From: Paraspadella gotoi
Lineage: Eukaryota; Animalia; Chaetognatha
DNA: 64,000 nt
Assembly: GCA_051294375.1 (NCBI GenBank)
Contig: CM119266.1
Location: forward strand, 7,836,606-7,900,605
Direction: 5' to 3'
Of the stretch, positions 43,570 through 55,350 are shown one piece after another. Made by a program: the position numbers and the translations under genes. A model generated the notes under the pieces. The model was not told the DNA's origin, did no database searches, and saw nothing but the letters and a program-made list of their open reading frames with translations. Positions within the stretch are counted from its first letter, which is position 1, and the number at the start of each line of letters is the position of its first letter.

Positions 43570-43855
43570 ATACCCGCCCGCCTTACTCACTCGGCGCTGA
43601 TGGGCGTCGCCTCCGCCCGGCGTCCCTCGTCGGCGCCGCGAATCGACTTCTCGCGCATTTTGGCGCCAATGGCGGCGGTGGCGCCGGCGACTGGCATCCT
43701 CGCTGGTTTGAAAACTCAGTAGCGTTCGTCGATTTTTCAAATTTTGTGACTTTCTCACCTCGCAACTGTCACAAATCCCAACAGATTTCCCGCTTTTTTC
43801 TTTCTCTCAAAAAGGCATCCCAAAAATTTCTTCAGGGCTTTATTTTGATAAAAAG
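43570..43855 (+). promoter_or_regulatory. CpG-rich promoter and non-coding first exon of the F-box gene, possibly bidirectional with the minus-strand gene
   Basis: GC island with CCGCCC and CCAAT, donor AAAG|GTAGTA near 43855/43856, acceptor CGCCAG|T near 44176/44177 upstream of ATG 44227. Confidence 0.45.
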
Positions 43856-44226
43856 GTAGTAATTGTTAGGCGTCGTGCGTTGATTTTATCTTCGCGGTTT
43901 TGGTTGTTTTTTTGTTTTTTTTTTTTGTTTTTTTTTTAAGATCGAGAGAAAAATAGAAGATCACGTGAAAATCGATCTCCGCCGACGATTCGAATGTGAT
44001 ATCGTGACGTTGCGCCTGCCGATCGAGTTCAGATGCTATCGTCGATACGATGTTTAAATATATTAATATATATTTTTTTCAAAATTTGACACTAGTTCAA
44101 TGTTTAAAGTAATTTTTCAATTAATACTAATTGCCATTTCGATATTTCCCCCCTCCCCTTATTGTCTTATCGCCAGTGGCCGACTTACGCGTTTCATATT
44201 TTCAACTTCTATTCGAACCGATTCGA

Positions 44227-45295
44227 ATGAGTCGCCGCCGTCGGCGAGTTCCCCCTCCTTCGCCCCCCTCATCCGGAGACGATTCCACGGCCTACTTTCC
44301 CCGCGATGACCCGCCTCGCCGGAGCTTATTCTCGCGGCTTTGGGCGCGGTTCGTCCGTTTCTGGCGTCGGGTCTTCGTCAAGGCGCAATGCTCTGAACCC
44401 CTTATCCTCACCCCCGTCCACAATCTACCCAACGAAGTGTTGGAGAGGATCTTTCAACTGCTGACGAAAGCGGGAGACGTGTTGGCGGCGGAGGAGACCT
44501 GCCTGCGGTGGCGTTGCGTCATCAGAAGGTCGAAGATGATTTGGTTCAACGTCACGCGCGACATTCCGCTGGAAATTACTCACTTTTTGGAATTTCGACT
44601 TGGCCAAGAGTGAGGCATTGTTGTGATTTTAGTTGAAACCTCGGGATTTGAAATAATCTATACATGAGCCAGTCTCGCAGAACAAGAAAAATACTTCCAT
44701 TTATAAAGCGACAATACTACTATGAAATATTTGAATAATAATTGGAAAACTAAATCATTATTAAAACCTATTAAAACTATTCCTAAAACTGTAAAATAAG
44801 ACTATTATGAAAACTGTATCAAAAGATATGAAAAATTGTCTAAACTACTACAATATGTAAATGAGATTGAAGAACTCAATCTCATTTGTAATGAACCACA
44901 AATTATTCTGCTACAATAATATCGAGGGGTACGCGTTCTGAACCATCGGTGTTATCTGGTTTATTCCTTTTATTAGCGATCTCCCCTTCCATTTTGTTCG
45001 TGAATGCTTGTCAATTATTGTTCCCATAATTTATATATTTATATTTATATATTTTAAATATATTTAGAATTCCTTTTATATCACCTCCTCCATCACCTTC
45101 TCCATATCCTTCCCCAGATTGACGACGTGGAGGGAATTGAAGGACGTGAAGCATCTCCGCGCCCTCATCAAGTTTATCCTTCAGCATCCCAAAGACTCTC
45201 GGGTGGCCATCTTGAGGGAATGGGACAAACTCGACTCTCGGTCCAGAGATCGATTCGAAGCTTTACATGATTCTTTTTCCGATTTGGCCTCTTAA
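44227..45295 (+). CDS. Small F-box protein (186 aa; exons 44227-44609 and 45118-45295)
   Basis: F-box consensus VHNLPNEVLERIFQLL...VLAAEETCLRWRCVI...IW; phase-2 intron GA|GTGAGG...CCCAG|A keeps frame to TAA 45293-45295; no recognisable substrate-binding domain. Confidence 0.8.
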
Positions 45296-45381
45296 ACAAT
45301 GGTATTTCTTAATGACGATATTTAATATTTGCATACAATTTTTAATAATTGAATTTTGAATTCGTGTTGTATTAGAATAAT

Positions 45382-46626
45382 GGTTCCATTAGGATTGTAC
45401 CCACGTAGGATTGCGCCCACAGCATTGGGCCGCACTATAATTACACCCGCAGGATTGTGCCATGTAGAATTGCGCCCAATTAGGATTGCGCCTCCGTAGT
45501 ATTCCGCCCACATATTATTCCGCCCAGTAGAATTGCGCCCACTTAGGATTGCGCCCACAGAATTGCGCCCAAAGGATTGCGCCCAAAGGATTGGGCCCAG
45601 GTATAATTGAACCCGTGTAGGTCTGCCGCCATCGGATTGCGCCCATAGGATTGCACCCATAGGATTGGGCCACACATACAATTGGCCCACATATAATTCG
45701 GCCCACATATGATTGGGCCCACGTAGGATTGGGCCACATACAATTAGGCCCACATATGATTGGTCCCATGTTAGGATTGGGCCCATGTAGGAGTGAGCCC
45801 TGATGTGTGCGCCCGCGTAAAAAAAGTTTTATTTTAATGCTTTTCTTTTTGCTAACAAAATTACGATATTACTATATAATGATATACTTTTAAAAAATAA
45901 ATCATAGATTATTTTGATGGATTCTGATAGAGCACAAAAAATTAAATAAAAAATATAATTATAACTTTTAAAATTTTCTTGGTTAAAATTAAGAAAAATT
46001 TATGGTGCAGGAACTATTTTCTAAATTATCAATTCGATGATTCTGATTAAATAAAATTATAAAAAGGATAATCCCCAAAATTTTAAAATATAAAAAAAAG
46101 AGATGAAGAGAAGGAAATATTATAGTATTCCCATGTAGGTGCAATACTACGTGGTTATATGGGCCCAATCCTATGTGGGCTCAATAATACTATGGGCGCA
46201 ATCCTACGTGGGCCCATTCCTATGTGGGTGGAATCCTAGATGGGCGGAATCCTACATGGGCCCAATCCTATGTGGGCGGAATCCTAGGTGGGCGGAATCC
46301 TACGTGGGCCCAATCCTATGTGGGTTCAATTCTATGGGCGCAATACTATGGGCTCAATCCTTTGGGCCAATGCTAAGTGGGTGGAATCCAACAGGGGTGC
46401 AATCCTTTGGGCGCAATACTATGGGCGCAATTCTACGGGCGCAGTCTTATGTGGGCGCAATTTTATGTGGGCGGAATCCTACAGGGCGGAATCCCATGTG
46501 GGCGCAATCTTACATGGGCGGAATACTACGGGTGCAATTCTATGTGGGCGCAATGCTACGTGGGTGCAATCCTTGGGGCGCAATTTAATTGGCCCAATAA
46601 TACGTGGGCCCAATCCTGCGACTACC
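45382..46626. mobile_element. Foldback / Mutator(MULE)-type non-autonomous element, 1.25 kb, with arms made of inverted tandem repeats
   Basis: 9-bp TSD TAGAATAAT (45373-45381 and 46627-46635); termini GGT...ACC; left arm (about 45382-45800) is an array of AGGATTGGGCCCACAT-like units and right arm (about 46135-46626) is its reverse complement; AT-rich spacer between. Confidence 0.88.
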
Positions 46627-46665
46627 TAGAATAATGTTTCGACTTCACTTGTTTTTATAAATGTC

Positions 46666-49374
46666 ATGTTTCGAGGCAGTTATACAGACTTGGTCGTTCG
46701 AGTTCTACATAGACATGACAACGACGATGAAGACGACGACTCAAACTGCTCATCGATCGTGCGACCCCGACAACCGTCGATCGACTCTTCGCTCGGATCG
46801 AAGGACAACAACAACGACGTTAGTGAAGCTTTTTCGCCCGCTGCTTCTCTGCTGCAGAGTGAGTCTCGCGTCCTGGGCTGCGGACCGATTTGCTGCGTCC
46901 CTGTTTTTTCACTGTTCGTGAGCTGCTTTTTGGTTGTTGCTCACTTCACGGTTTTTTTTTGCTACGAATCGGGGGAAACAGTTTAGGTAAACCCTTAATA
47001 AATATTGTGAATTTGTGGGGAAACTGATATTTTATGATTTTTAAAATTTTTTCTCTACTTTCGACTTGTTTTTGTTTCCTTTCCCGTCAGCCGCCATGGT
47101 CCTTTTTCGCCGCCGATCTCCTCCACCGCCGCCCCCGCCGGAAATCCGCATCGTTGTTCTCGGCGGATCCGGTGTGGGGAAATCTCGACTCGTTTCTCGG
47201 CTCGTCTACGATTTGGCCGACGCGAATGTCATCCGGAAGGAGGAGAAGGACAACAAGGATGTAAGACGGTTGAAAACATTAAAAACCGTTTAATAAATAG
47301 AGCTTGATTCTGGGAAACCTCCAACATCCCCCCCCCCCGCCAGATGATCGCCGCCCACGGTGACCCACAGACGTGGGTAGTAGCCAAACTTCGCGCCTCC
47401 ACATTCGACCGCGTGGCGCCGCTCTTTCGCTTCCGGCGCGAGAAGGTCAAGTTGCTCGTGGAAGGCGTCGCGGGGCAGAAGGAGTTTGTGCGGAATCTCG
47501 TGGAGCGAAGGAAGAGATTCACGGAGGTTCATGTCGGCGTCGTCGTAGTCGCACCGGGTGTGTGGGCGGAAGGGGGAGCGGTCGGTGCACGGACCGCATG
47601 TAGTCAGATTTTTCTTGAATGCTAATTGCCATTTTCAGTTCAAATCTTTCTAAATGTCGCTCTCAAATCTTATCCAGATCTCATCCCTCTTCCTCCCCTT
47701 ACCTTAGTCCTTACCCATCTCAGGCGCCGCCTTCCCCGCCGGCGCCATCGACGCCGACGCGAAGCAGCAAATCGTTTTGGCAAAATTGAGCGGCATCAGG
47801 AATTTGGTGATCGCCGTCAATCGGTCAGTCGACGTGGAATTAATTCGAACATCGATTCCCCATTAATACTGTTAACTCTTTTCGGCATCCACAGCATGGA
47901 CGTTCAGCGATACAGTCTGGCGACCTTCAACCAAATGAAATACGACTTGGAGCATTTCCTTCGTGAGATCGGATACTCTAGGGAAGACGTGAAGATCATC
48001 CCCGTTTCCGCTTTGGAGGTGGAAAAGGGGGGAAGGGTAGCGGGGATGGGTCATTAAATAATGAATATGTGCCCTCTTTCTTTTAGAGTTCGGTGATATA
48101 TAATATATAGGGTCCTTCAATCCCCCCCCTTCCAAAGGGCGAGAACGTGACGATCAACTCTGGCAAGATGCGTTGGTGGATGGAGTCTCGATTCAAGGGG
48201 CAGCCCACGCTCGTCGAAGCCATCGAAGACATGGACGGCGACAAAGTGTTGGAGACCCCGAAGGAGGCGGCGCCGTCGAGGAACGAGTTTAATCTCATGG
48301 TGGGAAGAAAATGGGGGGGGGGAGTCGAGAGTAGGTTGTGACTTTTATCGCTAAATGACCCTTTTCTTCTTCCCTTTCCTTATTAGCATAATATCAATAA
48401 TAAAGGTAATTGGAATACTATGGCAACGGGAGGATAGCCTGTGATACCCGGGGCGCGGGGTATCTCACCAACTGGCGTAGGGGCTGCGGACCCTCAGTGA
48501 CCGCCTCCTGTCACTGGCATGTTTATACCGGCACCGTCACATTTAAGCCAGAACCGGGATACCCAGGGATTGAACCCGGGACGCACGGATGGAATGAGAT
48601 GATTTAGCCTGCTCAGCCATTGAGACGAGGCTGAGGACGGACAGCAGTGAGGCAGCTTTTAAGTCTTGCTGCCACAATACCTCCATCCTTCCCTCCCACT
48701 GCCCGTTATTCTTCTTCCTATCTTATTTCTCCCTTTCCTAATATTCACGTTCCCTCTCTTCTTCCGTTTCGCTCTCCAATCATTCCACTTCTTCATCCTG
48801 TCCCCTTCCCTTTTTCACCACCACCACCACCTCATTCACTTCCACCGCCCCCCTCCTTCCTTTCCTTTTTCAGGCCTTCGCCCACATCGACGTCGAAATT
48901 GGTTTTGCCTTCAGAATTCGAATCCTTCCCGACAACGCCGACATTTATGCGGGTGAGGTTTGCGGCGGAAGCGAAACTTACTTTTTTTCTGTCTATGTTT
49001 CTGTTTGAAGACTTCAGTTTTAAGTTTAGCATAGTACAGTTGCATTGTATAAATTATACTCGTTTAAAACAGAAACCAACGACGAAATCTTCGTCGCCGA
49101 CGTCGTCGCCAAAATGGACGGCGACTCCGGGGCTTTGATCTCCGACGACGCGGACGCGAAGATCTTGCGAAAGGGTCAGGCGGGGATCTTGAGGGTCACG
49201 GCGACCACGCCTCTCTCCGTCACGCCCGCCTATCCTTATCCCTCCGTTTCCCGGTTCCAATGCGTCTCATCCGGCGCCGTCTGCATCGCCGGAACCATCG
49301 CGCCGGAAGTCGATCCACGCGGACTCGTCTGGCGTCCGACCCACAGTCTCGAGAGAAGCGTCTTCTTCGGCTGA
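46666..49374 (+). CDS. Highly divergent eEF1A/HBS1/eRF3-family protein: degenerate G domain joined directly to domain III (381 aa from ATG 47096; 447 aa from ATG 46666)
   Basis: Exons (46666-46858), 47091-47260, 47344-47557, 47724-47823, 47895-48018, 48138-48299, 48874-48952, 49073-49374 join without stops. eEF1A-like blocks: IRIVVLGGSGVGKS..LVY, WVVAKLRA, GQKEFVRNL, LSGIRNLVIAVNRMD..RYS, LREIGY..VKIIPVSALEGENV, PTLVEAIE, then VAKMDGDSG...KILRKGQAGILRV..TPLSV...YPSVSRF (domain III). Confidence 0.85.
48419..48676 (-). mobile_element. 258-bp tRNA-promoter solo-LTR/TRIM-like element, copy 2, in an intron of the eEF1A-like gene
   Basis: 4-bp TSD ATAC (48415-48418 and 48677-48680); matches copy 1 except for an 8-nt indel near the TGT end. 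Confidence 0.85.
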
Positions 49375-50098
49375 TTCGGCCCGCGAAATGGGTGGGGGGG
49401 GGTGGGGGAGAGAGAGAGGAGGATGCGGGGCGTTGACGGTCATTGAGTTGATGGAAAGTTAACGTGTGGTTTGTGAGCGGACGACTACTTCTGTTCTATT
49501 TATTAAATTTTTTGTGTTACTAGAAAATACGGACTCTTGTATGCGTGTTACGTTAATTTAAAACCTTAGGCTAAACTGTATTCTTGCTATAATCGAATAA
49601 ATGAATTCTACGAAAATTTTGATTTATTGTATTTCAATCAAGAGATCAGGTTTATATTTTTACAATCTAACGCAAACTTTCACTAAATTCACTGTGGACG
49701 AGAAAAAATGGTGCATAGAAAATAATAATTATTAATTTTTTTCCCTCTTTTCACTCCGGGACAAGAAGATAATCATCTAGTATATTTTGTAGTTAAACAC
49801 ACTAGAAAATAATCGTTAAATTTATTTTTATTTATTTGCATGAAGAAAAAAGATCTTTAAAGAGCAATGTCTAAAAAAGAAATGTTAGGAAATCATTTTT
49901 TTACGAAAAAATGAACCCGATTTAGCTTCCAAACGTCATTTACAATCAATCGAACATAGTCCGTTTATAACTCTAGTCTAAACTTTTCGGACGGAATGAA
50001 AAAAACGAACCCCGACGACTCTTTTAGTTCCAGCAACGTTTGCGGCAAGATGGCAAACGACCGCATTTTAACTCCCCTCCCCCCTCATTCTGTCTCTC

Positions 50099-53000
50099 TT
50101 AAACGGTCTGATAACCCTTCTGGTGTTTCCGCCTGCCGACTAGGTACATGATGAGCACGATGACGACCAGCGCCGCGAGGGCCGCGCCCACCGCGATGGG
50201 CACAACGTTGTCCTGCTCCTTGTCGGCTTCGCAGCTCTCAGATTTGCCGAATTCGTTGCTGTCGGAAGACATGTAGGGTTGGATCTGCGTGGATAGAGAG
50301 AGGTGGGGAGAGTTAGAACTTAGTCAACAAGAGAAGGCATAAAAAGTGGCTTGGGACTGGCTTCTTTGGATTAACACTTTTTAATCGTTTTTTTTTTCAT
50401 GTTTTTTTTTCCGTTGTACTACAAAACCGGTTTTTTTCATGTTTCTATCTGTCGCTATCTCTTCATGTATAGTCTATTTATTCATCAAGGGAGAAAGGCT
50501 TACTTCTCGGACGTGGTCAAGTTTTACTTGGAATCAGAAGTCAAAAGCTACTACAGACAAAAGCTACTAAAGACGGTCTACTCCACGCGTCAATTCGTCA
50601 TCGGCGATCTCTCGGGCTACAAAGCCGCCGTCTTTCTGCCATACGCCACCTACACATTCAAAATTGGCGAGCTTTACGCCGCCGAAATTCCCCGAAATTC
50701 TTGTAGAACTTTTTATTTTTCGAATTCCTCGGTAGGACTCGGGTTCGACAGGACCATGGCCGATTATCCTTTCTGCCGCAATCTGCCTGCCGAGGAAATC
50801 TTGAGCAGACCGGGCGTGTCGGACTGGAGAAACTATCACCCCGACGGACCCAACGTGGACAAACTGGACATGGAGGTCGATCCTGAGATGTATTGGCTCC
50901 AATTCTCGGATTGGTACGAGATGCCGCACGTGCGACTCTTTGACGATCTAGACCATCTGAAGCAATTGCCGCTGGAGACTTTGCGAAAATTCGCCGCAAG
51001 ATAAAGGAAGAGTTGGTCATCAAGGAATGGCGAGGGGGGAAGGCGTGGGCGAAGATTATCGAGAGAGTGTGGAAATGGAAAAATGGCGGGAAGGNNNNNN
51101 NNNNCAATGGAAAAGAGAGCGTATAATTATGGTGTGATGGATGTCATTTTATTTTTTAAGTTTGAACTTTTCCTGTCGATTGTAAGTTTTGGTATTTTTT
51201 GTTTTATTTTTTGTCAACCGATTTTCTAACAACAACAACAAAAATATTTTTTTCAAAATAGACTATGCACAGATCGATCAAAGTTAGTTGAAAAGTCCAA
51301 TTAAATCATGTCGTTAGTTTTAAAACCGCGAAATTACTCAATTCCTCTTGATAGAAATCTACTATGAAATTAAATTCAATAGGGGCCGGGGTTCAAAACT
51401 TTAGTCTTGAAGTCTACTTTTAGGTAAAAAAAGAATTTTTTAAAAAAGTTCGATTTTAATGCTTTTATTGTTGCTATTAAAATTACAATATTACTGTATA
51501 ATGATAAAAAAATTTTTAATCAATCTTAACTTTTTTTGATGGATTCTGATAGAGCATAAAAAGTTAAATAAAAAATATAACTACAACTTTCAAATTTTTT
51601 TATGTTTTCTTGGTCAAAATTAAGAAAAAGTAATAAAACTATCGAAAGATGATGATGATGATGATGATTATAAATAGTTTTTCATATTTTTAACACACTT
51701 ATGATCAAAATATCGAAAAAAGAATTATACTTTTTGCAAGCTACCTGAATATGATCTTAAAAATAAAAAAATCTTTAAAAAAATTTTAGCCTTTCCTGTT
51801 TATAAATAAATATTAAAAAATTAATATATGGAGTAATATTAAAATTTTTTGTCTATTCAAATTTTTAAAAAAATGTTTAAATTTTCGTTTGAGCAGGTGC
51901 TTAATTCAAATTTCTTAGCCACCTTACTGAGATAGGCTCCCCCTACTCTTGATCTTATGTATTTCAAGGGTAAGACCCTCAAACTTACCTTTTATATCGA
52001 CTCTGTATCCAGTTTAGGAAACGATGATGCCAAATATTTTCAGCAGAAGCCAACTTTCTGCCAGCAACGTGATCGAATCATTTCGACTCAAAATTTTCTC
52101 GAGGGCAGAATGCGCGAACAATTTATTTTTTTTCGTTAGCGTTCCTCTTTTCAAAATATTTATCCCAGATTAGGATGCGGCAATCTTTGAACCAAATTTT
52201 TCTTTCTGACAGAGACTAAATCAGTGAATTAGCAATTATAATAGTAATTTTTTTTCAAACGGTATCTTATCAAAATAGGCAATGATTTTTGAAATAAAAA
52301 AGAAAGAGAGAGAGAGATAAAGAGAGATAATATTTATCAAAACCTAGAGGCATCTATGGCAATAAAAGTTTTCCACTCCGTCACTCACTTACCTTGCCCT
52401 ACATTATAGGCTCCAACGCCCCATCATCATCACTCACCCGCAAATCGACGATGCTCAAGCTGACCCCGTTGTCCATATCCACCTCGATCTCGGACTTGCA
52501 ATGGAATGATTTGTCCTGATGGGCGTGGATTCCGCCCACGCCCTTGTCGTCGGCGGCGTCTTTGACGAGGGAGACTTTGACGCCGGCGTCGAAGTAGGAG
52601 AGGGAAACGTTAATGAGGCGCCAGTCCTTGTCCGATTCGGAAAATCGGAGGCTGTGGTAGATTAGTGGAGGGTGGGTGGTAGTGGGTGGGGATCGGATGG
52701 GGAAAGGGGATAAGAAACGAGAAGAAATTACGACTAATCATTAGTAATGATTGAAAAATAACTAAAATAAATTATGGATTAGTTAAGTTATTAAGTTAGG
52801 TTATCAATTAGTATCGATTAATTATCAAGCAGACACTTCGTGGTTATAAGAATCACTCGCTAAGAAATGTACGTTATTATTATTATTGAAAATAAATATA
52901 AACCATACGATAATTTTTTTCAAATATCATGCAGGCAAATTCATTCCGATTCATTTCTATATTTTATAAAACATCTTGAAATGAACAACAGTCAACTGAA

Positions 53001-55015
53001 CTAAATATACGTTAAACTCGCGTTCTTGTGTTATTATAATTAATAACTAAAAATGTGACCACAAAAACAAACAAACTAAAAAAGCGACGAAAAACCTGAA
53101 CGTGATGACGTCGTCGTCGTCGGCGTCGAAGGCGGAGATCTTTGTCGATCCAAAGGTCAACGTCATCTCGCTGGGCGATCCGTGAACGTCGGCATTTGTC
53201 GGCAAATCCAGACTCACGATATCTTTTGATATGTTGAGGTTAAACCTGAGGAGGGTAGGGGGGGTGAGGAATTGAGAGAGGGTGGGGCAGAGGTGAGTTT
53301 ACGAATGAACGGAGAAAGGGGAGACCCATATTTGAGACTGCCCCTCAACTGGCCTAAACTAAATACTAAATCTTTTAATCCTTTCAGATCATCGCAGAAA
53401 CGAATAAGTGAAGTAAGTCTTCTGAAAGCATGCAAATCAAAGCAGTTGCCTTGAAATCCCTTGTAATTTTAATACCATCAATTGCGCGGCCAAATCCGGT
53501 GTTTGATTGGACCTCGTATGAAGTCCTTTTGTAACGATTTGTTACACCCTGCTCTACAGCTCATACAAAATACTATGTGTACGTATACTACATAGAACAT
53601 GTATCGTTACATACCTGACGCCCATCTCCGCCCTCAACAGAGTTCCGTTCTCGTTGGAAACGTTGAACTTCCTCATGTCCGGATGAGGAGGCAGAGGAAT
53701 CGTCGTTGTCATCGGACCCGTGGTTGGGCCTGTGGTCGGGCCCGTGGTTGGGCCTGTGGTCGGGCCCGTGGTTGAGCCTGTGGTCGGACCCGTGGTTGGG
53801 CTAGTGGTCGATCCTGTGGTCGAGCCTGTGGTCGGACCCGTGGTCGAGCCTGTGGTCGGACCCGTGGTCGAGCCTGTGGTCGGACCCGTGGTCGAGCCTG
53901 TGGTCGGACCCGTGGTTGGGCTAGTGGTCGAGCCACTTGTTTCGCCGGTTGTTGATCCTGTTGTGGGATTAGTCGTCGGGGCAGCTGTTGAGCCAGATGT
54001 TAGGGCGGCAGTGGATGGCTCTGAGGATGAGCTTGATGCGCCGGGCGTTGAGACTGAAGGGACTGGAGGCGAGTGAGTTGAGGCAAGAGTGGAACCTGTT
54101 GAGCGAAAGTTGTAAAGAGAATTAAAGATGTAACGTTGGTGGACCGTATTTCCTTTCCAGAGGGCTGCGGCTGCGGAAACGTTCGGACTTGACGGAGAGA
54201 TTGGGAGAAGAAGAGATGCAAGATTCGCGGTTGTCCGCCAGGTTGCGATCTTTTGTCGGGTTCACCACTTTGGAAACCATCGTCACAAAGAAATGAGTCG
54301 TGGATTCGATTTGATTAATTTTATAATAACGACTTAAAAAGTCTATAACAAAGGCAAAAGATATATATTATATTATATCATATATATATATATTCAAAAC
54401 AACGATAAACGGACGATATACTTGAAGAACATACATTGAGGTAAAATGTAGTTGATAACAATACTTTGGACGTCGATTAAAATTAATTTAATAAAAAGAG
54501 AGAAAAAACGTGGTTTTAGTTGTTGGCATGAAATTCGAATGAGAGAAACTTAACAAAGTAAGGAGAAGAATAAGTCAGCCGACGACTGAGGCTTCACTGT
54601 AGATCGGTAAAAGGATTCTTTGTGACTGAGGTTATCTTGATGACCGAGGTCAAATCGAGTCGCCAGAGCTTTTCCAATGAGACGAGATGTAAAGCTAAAT
54701 GGAACAGATGCAGAGCTCACCCTACTATGCTGTTGTGACTACTGGAGATGGGGGAGACCTTATCGGGAAGGCAGAGATGAAGCGACTGGTGCCAGCTGAC
54801 TTAGGGTATGACCCTCCTGAATCCGAGGTAGAGCCTGTCAGGCTATTTGATGTAGTACCTGCTACGTCGGTGGTGGAGCCCGCGGGAACGGATGTCGGCC
54901 CCGCAGTAGCTTTCGTTGGCTCTGCAGTCGGTTCGCTTGGCGCCGCTACTGATTTTTCTCCAACGGCCACCAAGATTACCATCAGTAATGTAAACATTTG
55001 ATTTGTTGCACCCAT
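50099..55015 (-). CDS. LAMP1: Lysosome-associated membrane glycoprotein: signal peptide, Ser/Thr/Pro mucin region, one LAMP domain, TM helix, GYQTV tail
   Basis: Exons 55015-54859 (donor uncertain), 54095-53615, 53245-53096, 52651-52438, 50284-50099. Motifs FNVSNENGT..RAEMGVRF, KSFHCKSE, LRIQPY..FGKSESCEAD, VVPIAVGAALAALVVIVLIMYLVGRRKHQKGYQTV* (GYxxPhi lysosomal signal). Confidence 0.92.
50490..51090 (+). pseudogene. Intronless, apparently frameshifted enzyme-like gene fragment nested antisense in the last LAMP intron
   Basis: High-complexity ORF (DLSGYKAAVFLPYATYTFKIGELYAAEIP...YWLQFSDWYEMPHVRLFDDLDHL), no clear start, coding-like sequence continues in shifted frames after about 50965; abuts an N-gap. 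Confidence 0.55.
51353..51945 (-). mobile_element. ~600-bp non-autonomous DNA element with 8-bp TSD, copy 2 (LAMP intron)
   Basis: Reverse complement of 4969-5574; flanked by CTCTTGAT (51345-51352 and 51946-51953). Confidence 0.85.
53713..53933 (-). repeat. Coding 12/24-bp tandem repeat giving (P/S)TTG mucin-like tetrapeptides in LAMP
   Basis: CCGACCACAGGC / TCGACCACGGGT units in the LAMP reading frame. Confidence 0.85.
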
Positions 55016-55312
55016 ATTGTATACGTTTTTGTTGACGTTAATGTTTAGTAAATATAATTGTTAACGCGTTTGTTTTATTATCTATTCCACTGATTTTTTT
55101 TTGTTTTGTTTTTTATTTGTTTTTTTTTATTTTTTCGTTTAATTTGGGATTTTTTTTTTAAAAACAAATTAATTTTGGCTTCGCTTATGTCACAAGATTT
55201 TTAAAAAAAGGGGGCGGTTTTGAAGTTAATGGAAGGAGGAAGAGGAAGAGGAAACTTGAACTTTGGACTGTGGGATCGATAGATATAGAGGCTTGACAGC
55301 GAAGGGAGAGGG

Positions 55313-55350
<38 letters not shown>

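Noticed and set aside
45322-46634. Repeat array resembling CRISPR, and several W/G/P-rich ORFs
   Set aside because: No unique spacers and no cas genes; these are inverted tandem arms of a TSD-flanked transposon, and the ORFs are repeat artefacts.
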